Shown here: positions 27,935-41,200 of the stretch, one piece after another
Position numbering within the stretch: position 1 is the first letter of the stretch
Layout: each line of letters starts with the position of its first letter
NCBI GenBank assembly: GCA_015680685.1
Contig: MNCI01001727.1
Coordinates: 691,211-755,210, forward strand
DNA length: 64,000 nucleotides
From: Gnetum montanum
Lineage: Eukaryota > Plantae > Gnetophyta
Direction: 5' to 3'
Translations under genes and position numbers: made by a program
The notes under the pieces: model-generated
What the model saw: the letters and a program-made list of their open reading frames with translations, nothing else
Databases searched by the model: none
What the model was told of the DNA's origin: nothing

Positions 27935-29180
27935 TCAACATGTGGGGACTATTCCTCTAGTGTATGGATAGTTTGGACTACCATCATAGCATGTGGGACC
28001 TAAATCCCTAACATGTGAAGACCCTAGTGAATTTTGAGACATTTTTAACTTGGTTTGGCCATATCTAGACTATGCATGGCTAGTGTAAGGCTTTATTAAA
28101 TGTTTTGGGTTACGCATAGGCAAGTTTAGGTAAGGTTTTGATTTGTTGGAGTTCCACAGACTACCACAATGTGTAGGATAGAGTGCCCTAGCATGTGGAA
28201 CAAAGACCTAGTTTTCATAGCTTATAAGGGTCAAATCTTTTGTCAATCTTCCATCCTGGGGCTTATGGGACCCGTCAAGCAACTTATGGATAATTTTGGA
28301 CATTTTGGATTTTGCTGCAAACCTAATGTACTATCCTGCATGCTACCATAGTGTGGAAAATAGGATTCCCAGTGTGTGGGATGAGGTTTGATAATTTACA
28401 TGGGATTTTGACTAGATTTTTTATGTTCCAAGCTTCCATGGAAATGTCTAATGTGTATGGGAAGATCTATAGTTTTCTTGACTATCTTAAGCAAGGTTTG
28501 ATGTGTGTTGAGCAGGTTTAAGAACCTCCAAGGCATCACATGCTATCCCATATGCTACCACAACATCTGGGACATGTGTTCCTAGCATGTGGGACCAAGA
28601 TTTAGCTCCAGTAGCTTATGGAGGTCATATTTTTGCTTAACTTATCATTTTGGAAGTTGTGGAGTCTAAGGGACATTTGATGAGTAATTTTGGGCTTGTT
28701 GTTTAGTAGTGAGAGGCTCACATGTTGTCTCACACACTACCACATCATGTGGGATAGGTGCTCTAGTATGTGATGCCAACCCATGTCATTTTTGATGGAA
28801 TTTGACTTTATTTTTAGTCTCTCTAGGCTTTTAGGGTAATTTTTGGGTTGTGAGAGGAGCTTTGCAATTTGTTTGGTAATTTTGGGCAAGGAATGACCTA
28901 TATTGATGGGATTAAGATTTATGGGGGCTTTACAAGATATCCCACATGTTGCCACAGTGTGTGAAAGATGAAACCCTAGCATGTGAACATCTATGCTCCA
29001 ACCTTTAGCAATTTTGGATGAGTTTTGTACATTGGATTTTTTTCAATTTTTTCTAGGTCTTCCAAGTCCCACTAGGCAGTGTATGGACAAGCTTGGAAAG
29101 GAAGAAGGCTAGTGAACACTTCACATGTTATTCCACATGCTATGACAATATGTCAGATAGGATTCCACAGTGTATGGACA
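27935..29180. repeat. Array of palindromic TCCCACAYRCTACCACAGYRTGTGGGA motifs with 182/212-bp spacing
   Basis: Motif starts at 28152, 28334, 28546, 28728, 28940, 29131; the spacers after 28152 and 28546 are homologous, giving a 394-bp higher-order unit. Confidence 0.8.
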
Positions 29181-29613
29181 TCTTAGAATTGAATTTTAGC
29201 ATGTGAAATTGCTTGGTATTCTTGTCCAAGTCCTGTGGGGTTCACCCATGGTAAAATTGCCTTAGGAAGTAAAATCTTAAGTAAAACCTAGCACACAAGG
29301 ACTATTTTTTGATTTATTCTTAGTCCATGGTGTATATAACATATTTCCTAGCATACATAGGATTTATTGATAGTGCATAGGTATTGGACGAGGATTCTCA
29401 ACACTAGAACCTAGCATATGAACCTATTTATATATTGATTTTGCAAGGGAAACATATAAGGACTGGATTTCATGATTAAAACCCAAATAACCAACACTTC
29501 GTAGTAATTTTTTACATCTACCCATTCCTAAGTATAGCGTGGTTAAAACAAAGGTAAGAATTTGGGCTTCTACTAATAACAAAATAAGACAAAACTTTCA
29601 TGTTTTGGTAATT

Positions 29614-32600
29614 ATGGTGAGGAAGGTGGGATCGACAAGTCAAAATCCAATATTGGATGATGTGAAGGAGGTAGTATAAATCATATCTAAGCTCCCAAAT
29701 TCTTATTCAAGTAAAGGATCTTCATCAAGAAGTACTAGGTAGCCATCTTCCACAATTTTTCTAATTTTTGTTCAAAGTGAAAATGTTTTTCTATCTCTAG
29801 GCTTGCTGTAGTTGAAACTTTTCATTCTATTTATATTGAATGAAATGTTTAGGCTGTATAATTTTCTTTGAAGAAATGAAAATTGGATTTTAGGGCATGT
29901 TTTAATAAATATTTTGGTTTTTTCTCAAGCCTTTTTATAGCATTTTTGCCCTGGTTCTAGCTAAACTTGGCCAAACTTTAACATTTTTTCTAGCCTTCAT
30001 GGAATGTAAATTCTAGTTTTAGGCTCCATAGAACTATTGTATGAGGTCTTCTAATTGTACTAGATGTGGAATTAGGATTTTTTAAATTTTTTGAAATTTT
30101 TATGGGTTTTCTCCTAATGTAGTGCACAACATTTTGGCATTTTTATGAAATTTTGTAGTTTTTCTATTGAAAAAATGGTAGCATTTGGAATTTCTTGGTC
30201 ATCTGTGAGTAGTGTCTAGGGTGTCTAGGGATTGCCAATGTAGTGTAGAGGGGTCCTCGATGAGATTTGAAATTTTTAGAATTTTTTACAAATTTTTCCC
30301 CAAGGTTTTACTATAGTAATTTTTCTTTAAGTTGGTTTTTCTTGGTGAAAATTCTATGCAATTCTAGGTTGAAATATGAATTTTTCAAGCTTGCTAGTGT
30401 AGCATTGGAGCTTAATTTTTGTTTCCCTAGCTTGTTCTTAGTGTTTAGAGTTAAAAATAATTTTTTAGAGGGTTTTCCAACCATGGGAGTTGTGTTAATC
30501 AACTTTAATTTTGATGTTGAGTTTCAAGCTTCTCTTGTTAATAGTTAACAATGTTTGGCATTTTAAAATTGGATTTTGACTATTGTGAAATATTTTTTAA
30601 TCTTATGGTTAGTGTATGATACTTTTTGGGGCTACTAGGATAGTGTATGAAAGGTTTTGAATTTTTTTACCAAGGTTGAATGGTAGTGTATGGGCTTTAA
30701 TATTCCAGAAAACTCATATTTTTTTATTACCACTTTCCCTGCATCATCGCAATTCCCAACATATGTGACTCGCTTGGATAATTTTACCATTTTTTCTTGA
30801 AAATTCTCACTCATTAAACTCCAACACTATCAACTTTGGCCTTCTAGTTTTGTTGAAACTTGGTTTCATGCCAACTATTTGTAGTAATGCTTGTTTTAGA
30901 GTCTTACATGTAAACTATTTGTTAAAATGTTAAACTATCTTGTTTTTATGTTAAATGTTTGTTAAGATGTCAAAAGGCTAAAATTTGGTTCATGTTAGAG
31001 TTGAAGTCATGGAGTTAGTTATTTTTTGTATTTTTAGCATCAACATTGACATGGTAGAGGTTGTTTTTGCATTAAGTTTGTTCATTTTTTTAAAGGCTAC
31101 CATGGTTTTTTATGGCTATGGTTGTATGGCTTGGCTATGTACAAGGCATTGTTGAAACCCATCTTGATCATTGTGAAGCTAGTGAGGATTCTATGTTACA
31201 CTAGGATGGCCACATACAATAGTCTATACCTGAATATGAACATTCAGAAATGTACTCCAATATAGTTTAGACCTAGCACAAGAGAATTCTTGGCATACTT
31301 TCTTCACAACTATAGTGTGATTATGTGGTTGCAGTTGATGGTAGATGTTACCTTTGTGAACACAAAGATCCTTTTGGTAGGGTCTTCTACTTTCATCTTA
31401 TAATTCATAGTGGATGATCCCAACACTCAAAAGGATATAAAGCATAGCAAGAGCTCATATTCAGTGGGAGTTAGATGATTATCCCAAAGCTAGAAAATGC
31501 CTATGTATTCATAGTATAAGGTTAACAACACCTTGATGATAGGCCATAGGATAAATACACTTTTTCAAAATCCTTCAAGAATTATCTATCTACTAGAAGC
31601 ATAAGTCTGGTTCTAAATTATCATCTTTATTTGTTTTTCCACTTTAAGATTGTTTGGCTCTAACTTTTTTGATGGTTTTTTTTTATTGTAAGTATATGGT
31701 ACATCTCAAGGGATTGGTAAGGAATGACTAAACCTTATTTATGGCGCATACAGCCTTGGAATAATTTAGGCAAGATAAGGTTGTAAGTGTATAAGTGCTT
31801 AATCAACTTGAAGCTGAGTTTGATAGATGTCATACATGGTATTCTCATCTATATGAAACAAGTTTAGCCACCAGTTGTGCACATAAATGGTGGGCCCATG
31901 TAGATTTAGGAGCACCTATACCAACTCATCCTAAATTTCAAGCTTTGCCTAAGTCTAGTGAGTGAAAGTTATCTAAGCATGATCAATACTTTTAGTATTT
32001 TTGGTTTTCTAGTTTTTTGAGTTTTTTATGATTTTAGAGTTATCCATAGTGTAAGAGGCTAATGAGCTACCTATGTTGTGTTGCAAATTTTGTACGTGAG
32101 TCTACTATCATTGTGACCATTTTAGGTCATGTTGAGGAGAAAATCCAACTTAAATGGGGTGAAGTAGACTTATCGCAAGATTGGTTGATAAACAAAACTC
32201 CTACAATTATCCAATAGAACATCACTAATGCAAGTTTGTTTGACTTATTCATGCTACCTAATCCATTGATGTAAGTGATTAAGATGTTGAATATGGTTGA
32301 TTCTTTAGATGAAGGGATCACCAAATTCATTACCCATGTTCATGGTTATCCTGTGATTTTGAACGTTAATGAGTTTGTTTAGCAATCTATTTGGCATACC
32401 TTCTAGTGGTGTTAAGGTAGCTGTTAAAGCAGGAAAAGATGGAAGCCATAGAGAGAAAATGGAGGCTTGGCTCAAGTCTTTTATTGATGGTGTATTATTT
32501 TTTAGTACATGTGAATTTGAGGAGGCCAATGAGACTTATTTTCTTTTCCATTATAGAGCCTTTCCCATGCTACTATCATAGAAGAAAATCATAGGGGTTT

Positions 32601-34689
32601 AGTAGGCTTGCACAATGAAAAAGGTGTTAATTTATTGCACTAGATTTGATCAAGCTACCTTCTTGGTTACTGGTCTATGGGATGAAATCCAAACATTTTG
32701 TAACAAACTCGATTCTATATGTTATATGCATTACACATTCTTTGATACATATCTTAGAAAATTCCTAGAGTTCTTGGTGATTAGGAGGGATGGAAAGTGG
32801 GTGGTTCGTGATGCCTTTCAACTTTTCAAACCTTGGGTCCATTACATCGTTCCAATGATAAGCACCCAAGGCCCACCCATGGGGGAGATTAGAGAGTCAC
32901 TATTAGTTACCCTTAAGAATTTTAGTGATGTACATTGTTGTTTCCCTGACAATACATGGGTGGAGTCTTGTGCTACATATGGTATGCACAGAAGTTGATG
33001 GTGCAACCAAAGAAAAGATGAAGATGCCATAAGTTGAAAAAAATGTTTCCATTGTCAACCAGCCATCACATAAGAAGTTAGCCATCAATTTTAAGAAAAT
33101 CAATTAGAATGTTCAAGGTATGTACATATTTTTTATATTTTTTCTAGTTTTTATTTTGTTCTTTTTAGCTATATTTTTTACTACACTTTTGTTCTTAAAA
33201 ATGTTTGCTAACTTATTCCATTTTTGGCTTTGATTTATTGTAGGAAAGAAATAGGGATTGGCTACATAGGTTGCTATGAAGGAGAAGAAATGACATAAGG
33301 AAGAATAGAAAAGGACATCTCAGGAAGTGCTAGATGTTTTGGATTCCATCCTAGGCAAATTTCCCCCAAAAGACAATCCCTCTATAGACTTGTCTCAAGA
33401 TCTTCCTAGTAAGATCTTGGTGTTGTTCACATTTTTTGTTTCAAATGTTATATGTTTTCATTATAAACTATATTGATGATTATGGTTGTTGTAGTACATA
33501 AGCCTCTTCCAAAAGCAACTACATCTACATAATGTTCCAAGCCTTGGGTGGAGGCCCTAAGTAAGTTGGAATTCATGTAAGGAATGACTATAGATAAGTT
33601 ACAATAGATAGCCCCTGATGTTAGTAAGAAAAGTTAAAACATCTTTTACTTTAATTTTTTTGGTTCATTGTAGTGTCCAAAGTTAGATGGGATCCTACAC
33701 ATGACATTGACCTTGATGATCTTCTTGGGCTACCATTTGATGTAGAAAATGTTCCATGAAGGTTTTACAAAGGGGCTACCAAATGTATTATGACTTGTGC
33801 AAAGACAACTTAGAAGACCCAACGCTCCAATGAATTTTTATGGGAGAGGGTTGTAGCCTTGGAAAAGTATATTAAAGAGTTATCAAATGAGAACCATAAC
33901 CTTATGGATCACAAAGAGTTTATAGAAGCTCATGTAGCCAATAGAGACTCTTTTCGTACTAAGGAAATTGAGTGGTCATGCTACTGGAGTGCAATCTAGA
34001 TCAAGGTTACTCTAGCCAATAGTAACATTGATGAGAACATGCAAGTGGAACTATTGATTTGTAAATCCAAGGATTGAAGGGATTATTGCACTTGGATGCT
34101 TAAGTTGGGAAGGAAACAAAAGGCACAAAAATGATAATACAATGAAGAACATGCAAGTTAGCTAAATTTATCGCAAGAGGAGGCCATAGAATGGCATAAA
34201 CATGAACTATTTGTGTAGGGGATAGGCACAGAGGACATTTTTAGGATGTTTGTAAATTTAGTAATGGTCATTGATTCTCCTACTCCTCAAATCAGTACTA
34301 TGTTTGGGAAAACTACTACGGTTGATCTTTCTCATGTTCTACCTAAGTGGAAAAATATAAAGAGAAGAAAGATCTTAATAGGAGTGGATTTGGGAGAAAT
34401 TAACTAGGCTAATATGAGTGAAGAATGGATTCTTCATAAGTTGGAGACTGGCCTCCAAAATTTCATGCTTGAAGACATTGCTCTAGAATCCCCTAAGGTT
34501 TGACAACTATGTTTCAAATTTCCTATTATTATATTTTTGTTTTATTTTTTATTTTTTAAAATTTATGCTCTTTGGTCATCATGGTTATTAACTATTTGAA
34601 TTTTTCATCTTCTACAAGCCCTAAGCAATGATGATGGTAACATTAGTGATGACATTGATGATGATCCTTCTCCTCCCCCTATGGCTTAG
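29614..34689 (+). pseudogene. Multi-exon accessory gene antisense to Tat-B: PMD (plant mobile domain)-like N-terminus, plant-transposon-protein-like domain, coiled-coil/acidic tail; decayed
   Basis: Exon 1 MVRKVGSTSQNP (29614-29738). PMD-like motifs read across frameshifts: INFGLL/SFVETWF (~30830), SYFLYF/LASTL (~31020), GCMAWL/YKAL (~31120-31150). T-rich GT-AG introns at 31958-32125 and 33118-33243, less clear ones at ~33420-33494, ~33633-33673 and 34498-~34618. Long exon 32126-33117 (ORFs 32369, 32615). Last exon ends DDIDDDPSPPPMA* at 34689. Confidence 0.6.
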
Positions 34690-35249
34690 TTTGGGCTATT
34701 GTTGGACCAATTATATATTGTTTTTTTATTATAGTACTACAATTATTTTTATTTGGCTATCATATCCTAGGAGACTATGTATTACTTTTTTTTTGTGTTG
34801 GATTTTGCATAGTGCATCTATGGCTACGAACATTTTTTTTTTTTTGCTATTGTCATATAATATGACTATGGCTACTATTTTGGTTTTAACGTTAAAAACA
34901 TTTTTGATTTTTTACATTATAAAATTTTTATGTAATTTTATGTTTTCTATTTTTTATGTTGTTTTGTAGTTTTTTGTGAATATAAATGGTGAACATAAAT
35001 CATAAATCAATGTGAAAACGTAAAATAAGGCTATATGGAAAACTGGTAATCATAAAGTAATAAAGTAAAATACATAAGGCAAATAAGTAAAGATGTAAAT
35101 GAAAATGAAAATAAGGCTATTAGTTAAACTATAAAAAGAAAAGAAAAAGTGAGTAACACATTTAATCATGGATTTGCTTTCTAATTTTTGAAAAAATAGG
35201 AAACTTATATAATGTTTTTTGTATGATCCTGTACTCCTCATTCTCTTCA

Positions 35250-38200
35250 ATCACGATGTTGAATGAGAGTTCTTCCCATGTCTCGTTTGTGGCACTAGCA
35301 TTGTTGGTTTCAACTCGGTTGATCTTGTTGTAGTTTTGACTTCATTTTTAGCTATAGGAGTTTCTTCTTGAAACTACACTTTAGACCCTAGCTCTATGCT
35401 AACATTATTAATTGGCAAGAAGACTATATTGTTCCTATGGATTATGATCTCACCTCCTTCATAAGGTAGGTTGATTTCTTGATGGATCGAGAAAGAGATG
35501 ACATGTAGTAGCTAACCAAGGCCTCCCTAGAATTAGGTTGAAGCCTTATATTTCTTCCACCAAAAGGAAATTCACAGTTGTAAGGAATTATTTCCCAACC
35601 ACGAAGTCAAATGTGAATGATTCTTTGATCACTATGTGTGACTTGTTAAATGATTTGAGTATAGAAATAGAGGTGTTTTGTATATGTTCAACCAAGCCTT
35701 AGCACTCCATGATAGAAAAGGGGATAACATTTATGGTTGCCTTGTCATCTACATATACTTGGTGAATCATTATAAAGAGAGGAGCCCTAGACACCTCACC
35801 ATTTTGAGGGTTGGTTCTCACCTCGCTATCATGAAATGTTAAGATGGTTGACTTCATTTCTTTGTGGGGTGAGGATGGTACTATAACCACATGGTTAGAC
35901 TTCTTGTTGGCTAGGATATCATCATTCACAAGAATAGAAGTTATCATCTTAACTAATGCTTTGTGATGGGCAGGGAATGTCATAACCAAATTGTATAAGC
36001 TCAACAAAGTGTTTTTTAATTTTAATGAGAGCTTAAAAAGCTTCATGGTGTAGAGGAAGTCTTTATCGTTGTTTTCCACCTTGTTAGCTTTATTGGTCCT
36101 TAATTCCTCCATTCAAGGTAGTTTTATTAGTCCTAACTTCCTCCATTCTACTTAAGAGTTTGACCTCATGTTTCAACGATTATTATTTCAACCCCTTTCC
36201 CCTCTCTTATTTCTAGTTTCCCTTCCTAGATTAGCTAGTGGATGTGGTTTGAACATTGAAATCCATTAGTATGGTTGAGATTGGGGAAAGCTTTAGTGGG
36301 TCTACTTCCTTCCATACCTTTAGTTGGTTAGTGTCTTTAGCCTTAGGCTTAGGGACTAGTTTCTTACATCTTTTTGGAGGTGATTTCTTATTATTTTCTT
36401 AGAAAGAGGTTGAGGCATTAGCTACCATGGGAGGATGTTTATTAACTTGAGTAATAGGCTTATTGGTGGAGGCAGGGGGTACTTTGATGACAAATGGTTC
36501 TTTATGAGGTGTTTGTGGTGGTACCCTTATGATAAAAGGAGTTCTTGAACTTGTAGAAGTTGAAGTCCTTTCATCATGAGGAGGTACTTGAATCATAAAT
36601 AGCTCCCTGAAAGGTTTAGCTTTGTCATGTATGTTAAAGATTACTATTGAGAATTGGTTATTACCTACATTGAGAGGGCCATTGTATACCTACATTGGCT
36701 AATTTTGGAGTCTAACTGGGTTAGAAGCATCTAGAACTAGCTCTCCACTATCGATCATTTTTTGCAGATCATCTTTTAAGGCTAGAAAGAAATTGATTTT
36801 ATGGAAATGCAGCTAGTGATAGTGATAGAACTAGTCTAACTTGAATTATTTAGGCATATGACAATCATCTTACCTGGTTGTACTGGAATCTTTAATGATC
36901 TTACATAAGTGATCATGCCTCTTATGAGCATTCTTATATTGATACTTATATCAACCATTCTTGAGCAATTAATCAAGAAGCTTAGATGGTTTCATAGGAA
37001 GCTTGATATACTTAGACTTATCTTTTATCTCAAAGTTATGCTTTGGCAAGTTAGATGTGGAAGCACTTAATGTGAATGGTTGGGGAGTAGTGGTAGGGAT
37101 CTTAGGTTGTGTGTTTTTTGGTCCCTAGGTGATTTTTGGTTCTTTGGTGAGAGTGTCCATTGCTACACATGCTTGTTTACCCTTATCCCTATCATGTTTG
37201 GTATACTGATTCTTATAGAATACATACACAAGGACGTTACTAGCTTTGGTTGTATCTTCTATGTTCTTAACTTGGTAGAGCTTATAGTAGAGCTTATACT
37301 TGATAAAATCATTAACCATCCCTTTGAAGATGGCCAAGAGGTATGTTTCAAAGATGGGTTTAGGTATCTTTTTAAGTGTGGCATTCCATTTTTGTATAAA
37401 TTTTTGGATGGGCTCAAGGGACCCTTGTCTCACTTTCATGATTTGATCAAGCATTGTCTCAGGTTTCAAGTTGTACTTGAAATGGTTAATTAATTAATTT
37501 ACCAAGTCATCTAAGGAAGAGATAGATCCTCTGGGTAGTGCTCAATACTAGTTAAGAGCTTTTTTGATCAAGGACATAGGGAAGAAATGCAACATAGTGT
37601 GGGGCTAAGCCTACAATAATAGACATTCCAAATGGAAGGTAATTAGATGAGCATTGGATTCACCTTCACCATTATATTTGGTGAAGTGAGGAATCAGTAT
37701 ACCTAAAGGAAGGGTTATTTATGGGACACTGGGGCTAATTAGGTCATCTTAGTAAAAGTCCATGACTTTTACCATTTGCGTGGTGCTAGCCTCAAGCTTT
37801 TTTAGCTTGTTAGTGAGGCTTTGGATTAGCCAGAAAGCCTAATCTAAGCTCTAAGGTATTCTTGCAAGTTGTATAGGTTGCACAACTAGTTGCATGGGTG
37901 GTGAAATGACTTAAGGCTAGGTGATGGGTTGTGGCATTATGTGAAAAGGTCTTGTTTCCATTATTGTAGGGGGATTAAAGTGGGAGAACAATGTATATGC
38001 AAGGATTTGCAAGATAAAGGGAACAAAGGGTATGCAAGAAGTTTGTAGAACTTGAGGTCCCAAAAAAGGGCCTATTAAGGTGATGAGTGGAGAAGGTATA
38101 GTGTGTGGTGGCCACATGAACAGGGTTGGGTGATAAATGGAAGAGATGTGAAAATAGAGGAAACTTCAGAAACTAGTTGTGAAGTTTCCTCCAAGGAGGT

Positions 38201-38250
38201 AGTAGACATTTTTTTCATGTTGTATAAAGGATTAATTATAAAGTTAGGAA
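35250..38250 (-). pseudogene. Tat-B gag-protease pseudogene
   Basis: IPHFTKYNGEGESNAHL, ALPRGSISSLDDL, KPETMLDQIMKVRQGSLEPIQKFIQKW (37125 ORF), protease PLFI...VYVDDKATINVIP (35699 ORF); clearly homologous to 59770-63150. Confidence 0.85.
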
Positions 38251-38259
38251 TGGATGTAT

Positions 38260-41200
38260 GAAAATTTCCTCCCCTTGAACCTCCTCTTTGTAGTAATCCA
38301 CAAATTCCTTTTGATCATCTCAATCATGCTCTAGGCTAGAATCCTCACTTGTTGCAATTTTCTCATTGTCATCTACTAACTAGGCTAGCATGTAAATGCA
38401 AGCTTTAGAGAGCTCTATTCTCTCATAAAGAGAAAGAATATATTCCTTTCCACTCTTATGAATAATCTCAAATTCATGCTTGGAGTCTAACTCCTTACCT
38501 GAGATGCAAAGGCCAGCTTGGATCTTTGCACAAATAAAGTTATAATACTCTTTCATAAGAGTAGCATGCGTGGGATCATGCCCTAAATGGTCCATAAACT
38601 CTAACATGGTAGTACATTTTTTGAATAGAGGTAGGTTCCATGTATTATATATTTCTTGGGAAATTAAGCTCACATTAAAACCTAAGTCTAACAAAGCTTT
38701 GCATGGATCATTCCCTACAATCTACAAATAAATTAAAGGGCTTCTAGGATCAATTCTCTTCTTGAGAAGGTGTTCTACTTTTATTCAATCTGTGACTTCA
38801 TGAGTTCACATGATAGTATAAATATCTTGGATTCTTTGGTTTGAAGGTAACTCAATAAATATTCCTTGGGTAGTTTGAGAGGAATTTGTAGCCATAAATG
38901 CCTATGATTATTTGGATGGACTATTAGGCCTAAAAATTAACTTTTCTAAGGCTTACATTCAATGCCACTTGATTTTTCATCTACTTTCCAACTTACTACT
39001 CTTATGACATTGTGTTGTTGGGGGTTACAAAGGTCTCACCTTACAAGGTGGTATAGGTGGCAAAGGAGTGGAGGCATGAGTTATAGAGTGCTGCTAAGGA
39101 TAATGAGTATATGTGAAAGTAGATTTAGTATGTGGAGTGGCATGTCTATGATATTTGGAGAGATAGTAATGATAAGAAGAAGTATGTCTTGTAAAACCAC
39201 TTGCTGACATAGGTTTTTGGACATAGTGGCCATATGGATCTAGTTGATGGTAAGGGTATTGCTACCTTGGTGGGGGAATCCCCCATGACTATGGATTTTT
39301 CCATTGATGATAATGGTGTTGAGGTTGAGGCAAAATTCAACTTAGATATTATTATTATTAATGGAATTGTTGTTGATAGTTTCCTTGTGGTTAAGATAAT
39401 CTCCTGGGTGGTTGCTTCCTAGCGAGCTTTGGATTTAAAGCATAGACCCAGATTCTTACAAGTGTGACAAAATTGGGCAACATCGCTTAAGATAGTCATA
39501 CTAGTAGATGCCACATCTTTCATTGCCCATATTAGAATTAATAACCGCATCTACTACTACAACCTTGTCTTTTTGCTAATGGTGTTCCTTCACTGTATCC
39601 TTCTTTCTTCTCCTATCTTTGTCCTTATTTCCCTGCTTCATTTTATACTTCATAATTTAAGAAGTATTTTAGAACCTCTCATCTAAGGATTTCTACATGT
39701 TATCCACCTTGGATGATATTACTATGATGTATTTTTAAATAGGCAAGGTTTTTCTTTGTGCAACCTCCTTCAATGGTGCTTCCTCCTCAGGATCATAGAG
39801 ATGTATCTCCTTTTTGCAAATGAAGGGATCTTTATTATACTCCTCTACACTTTCTCTATTTCTCAACTTCTCTTCTTCCTTTGTTACTTGATCTATGAAT
39901 ATTTGAATTTGATGGGCTCTCATTTCTGATAGTCTTCCTGAGGCATAGACCCTAAGAGCTTCTCTAGTTTTGTTTCGAAGTCCATATATAATATGATGAA
40001 GTTGCTTCCTTTGAAAGAACCAATGGCCTTGGCACTATTGTAGTCATGAATAGTACCTATCCAAGGCAACAACAAGGAATGCATGATTGCCTTGTCTCCA
40101 TCCTTGAATCTATTTTCTCAAATTGTACACCCTGGAGTATGTTTGATATTTGTTATTGAACAACTCCATCATCGTACTCCATCTGTGGATAGACTTTGAT
40201 TCCAAGAACTAGTAACAACTTTTAGCTTTCTTTATAAGTATCCTAGGGAGCAATTTGAGCTTTTGTTAGTTACTCTCTATGTTCTACAAGGCATAGGCAT
40301 CAAGGAAGGCTTGTAGATGATGCTATAGATTATCATTATAATCTTCCTCAAAGTTAAGAGTTTTATTCATGTTAAGTCATTTGATTCAGCTATCCCTTTA
40401 ATGCCTAGTAGGGATGTAAACTACCTCATGAATGTTGATCATGATTTTTGTAGCAAGTAGTGATTCATCATAGTCATCATGTTCATCATGATCCCTATCA
40501 TTGCCATGTCTCCTATAATGTGGCTTGCTACACCTTCTCTCCTGATGATGCCTCTCTTCTTCTTGTTGTTGTCTATGTTACCTCCTTCCACCTCTATGAT
40601 GGGGTCTTCTATCATCTCCACATTGGTCTTGATCATTTCTCCTTCATTTTTAGTCATATTCCCCCTCATTAGAGATAGATGATAAACAACATGGTGAATA
40701 TGGAGAGCTAGGAGAGTTACGTCGACTTACTCTCCTTTAGTTACTTCACTATTCTCTTATTTAATGACTAGGAGATATTGGCATTGAGGTCCCCTTGGTT
40801 TTGGGTCTAGTTCTTCTTTTACCTTGATTACTTACCAAGATTGAATGTAATTATTGATTAGTTGTATTGTCCTCATCAAAGGAAGAAGGACCTTGACATT
40901 GAGATCGCCCTAATACATTTTTAGTATCCTTCTTTTCTAATTATGATATTAGTGTAGTTGGAACCTTTTTGTCCTTGGAGACTTCATGGTAAGCCTCCAT
41001 GAGTTTATCTTTTTGAAGTTGGCCTTTGTCGATTGGTAATCTTTGAAGAGGTGATCCATCACTTGGTGTTCTAGGGTTTCTTATTAAAGCCCCAACTTCA
41101 TTAATGCTATCATGAACATGGAAGGAATGGCACAATCATGTGGTAATACCATATTATCCTCCAGGTGTCTCACCTCAACTATTCATCTTGGTGAAAGATG

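Larger units (their letters stand above)
20940..38250 (-). mobile_element. Tat/Ogre-type Ty3/gypsy element (Tat-B), 5'-truncated, with split gag-pro / pol
   Basis: On the minus strand: gag-PR (38250-35250), 8.3-kb insert, RT-RH-aRH-INT (26906-23452), 3' UTR, PPT, 3' LTR. That all parts form one element is inferred from domain order, strand and a motif shared by LTR and insert. Confidence 0.72.

Noticed and set aside
28152-29180. CRISPR array (palindromic repeats with spacers)
   Set aside because: Spacers exceed 130 bp and alternate ones are homologous, so this is a decayed higher-order tandem repeat.
34628-34969. Hydrophobic 113-aa 'membrane protein'
   Set aside because: It is an off-frame read of the last cargo exon plus the T-rich 3' UTR.
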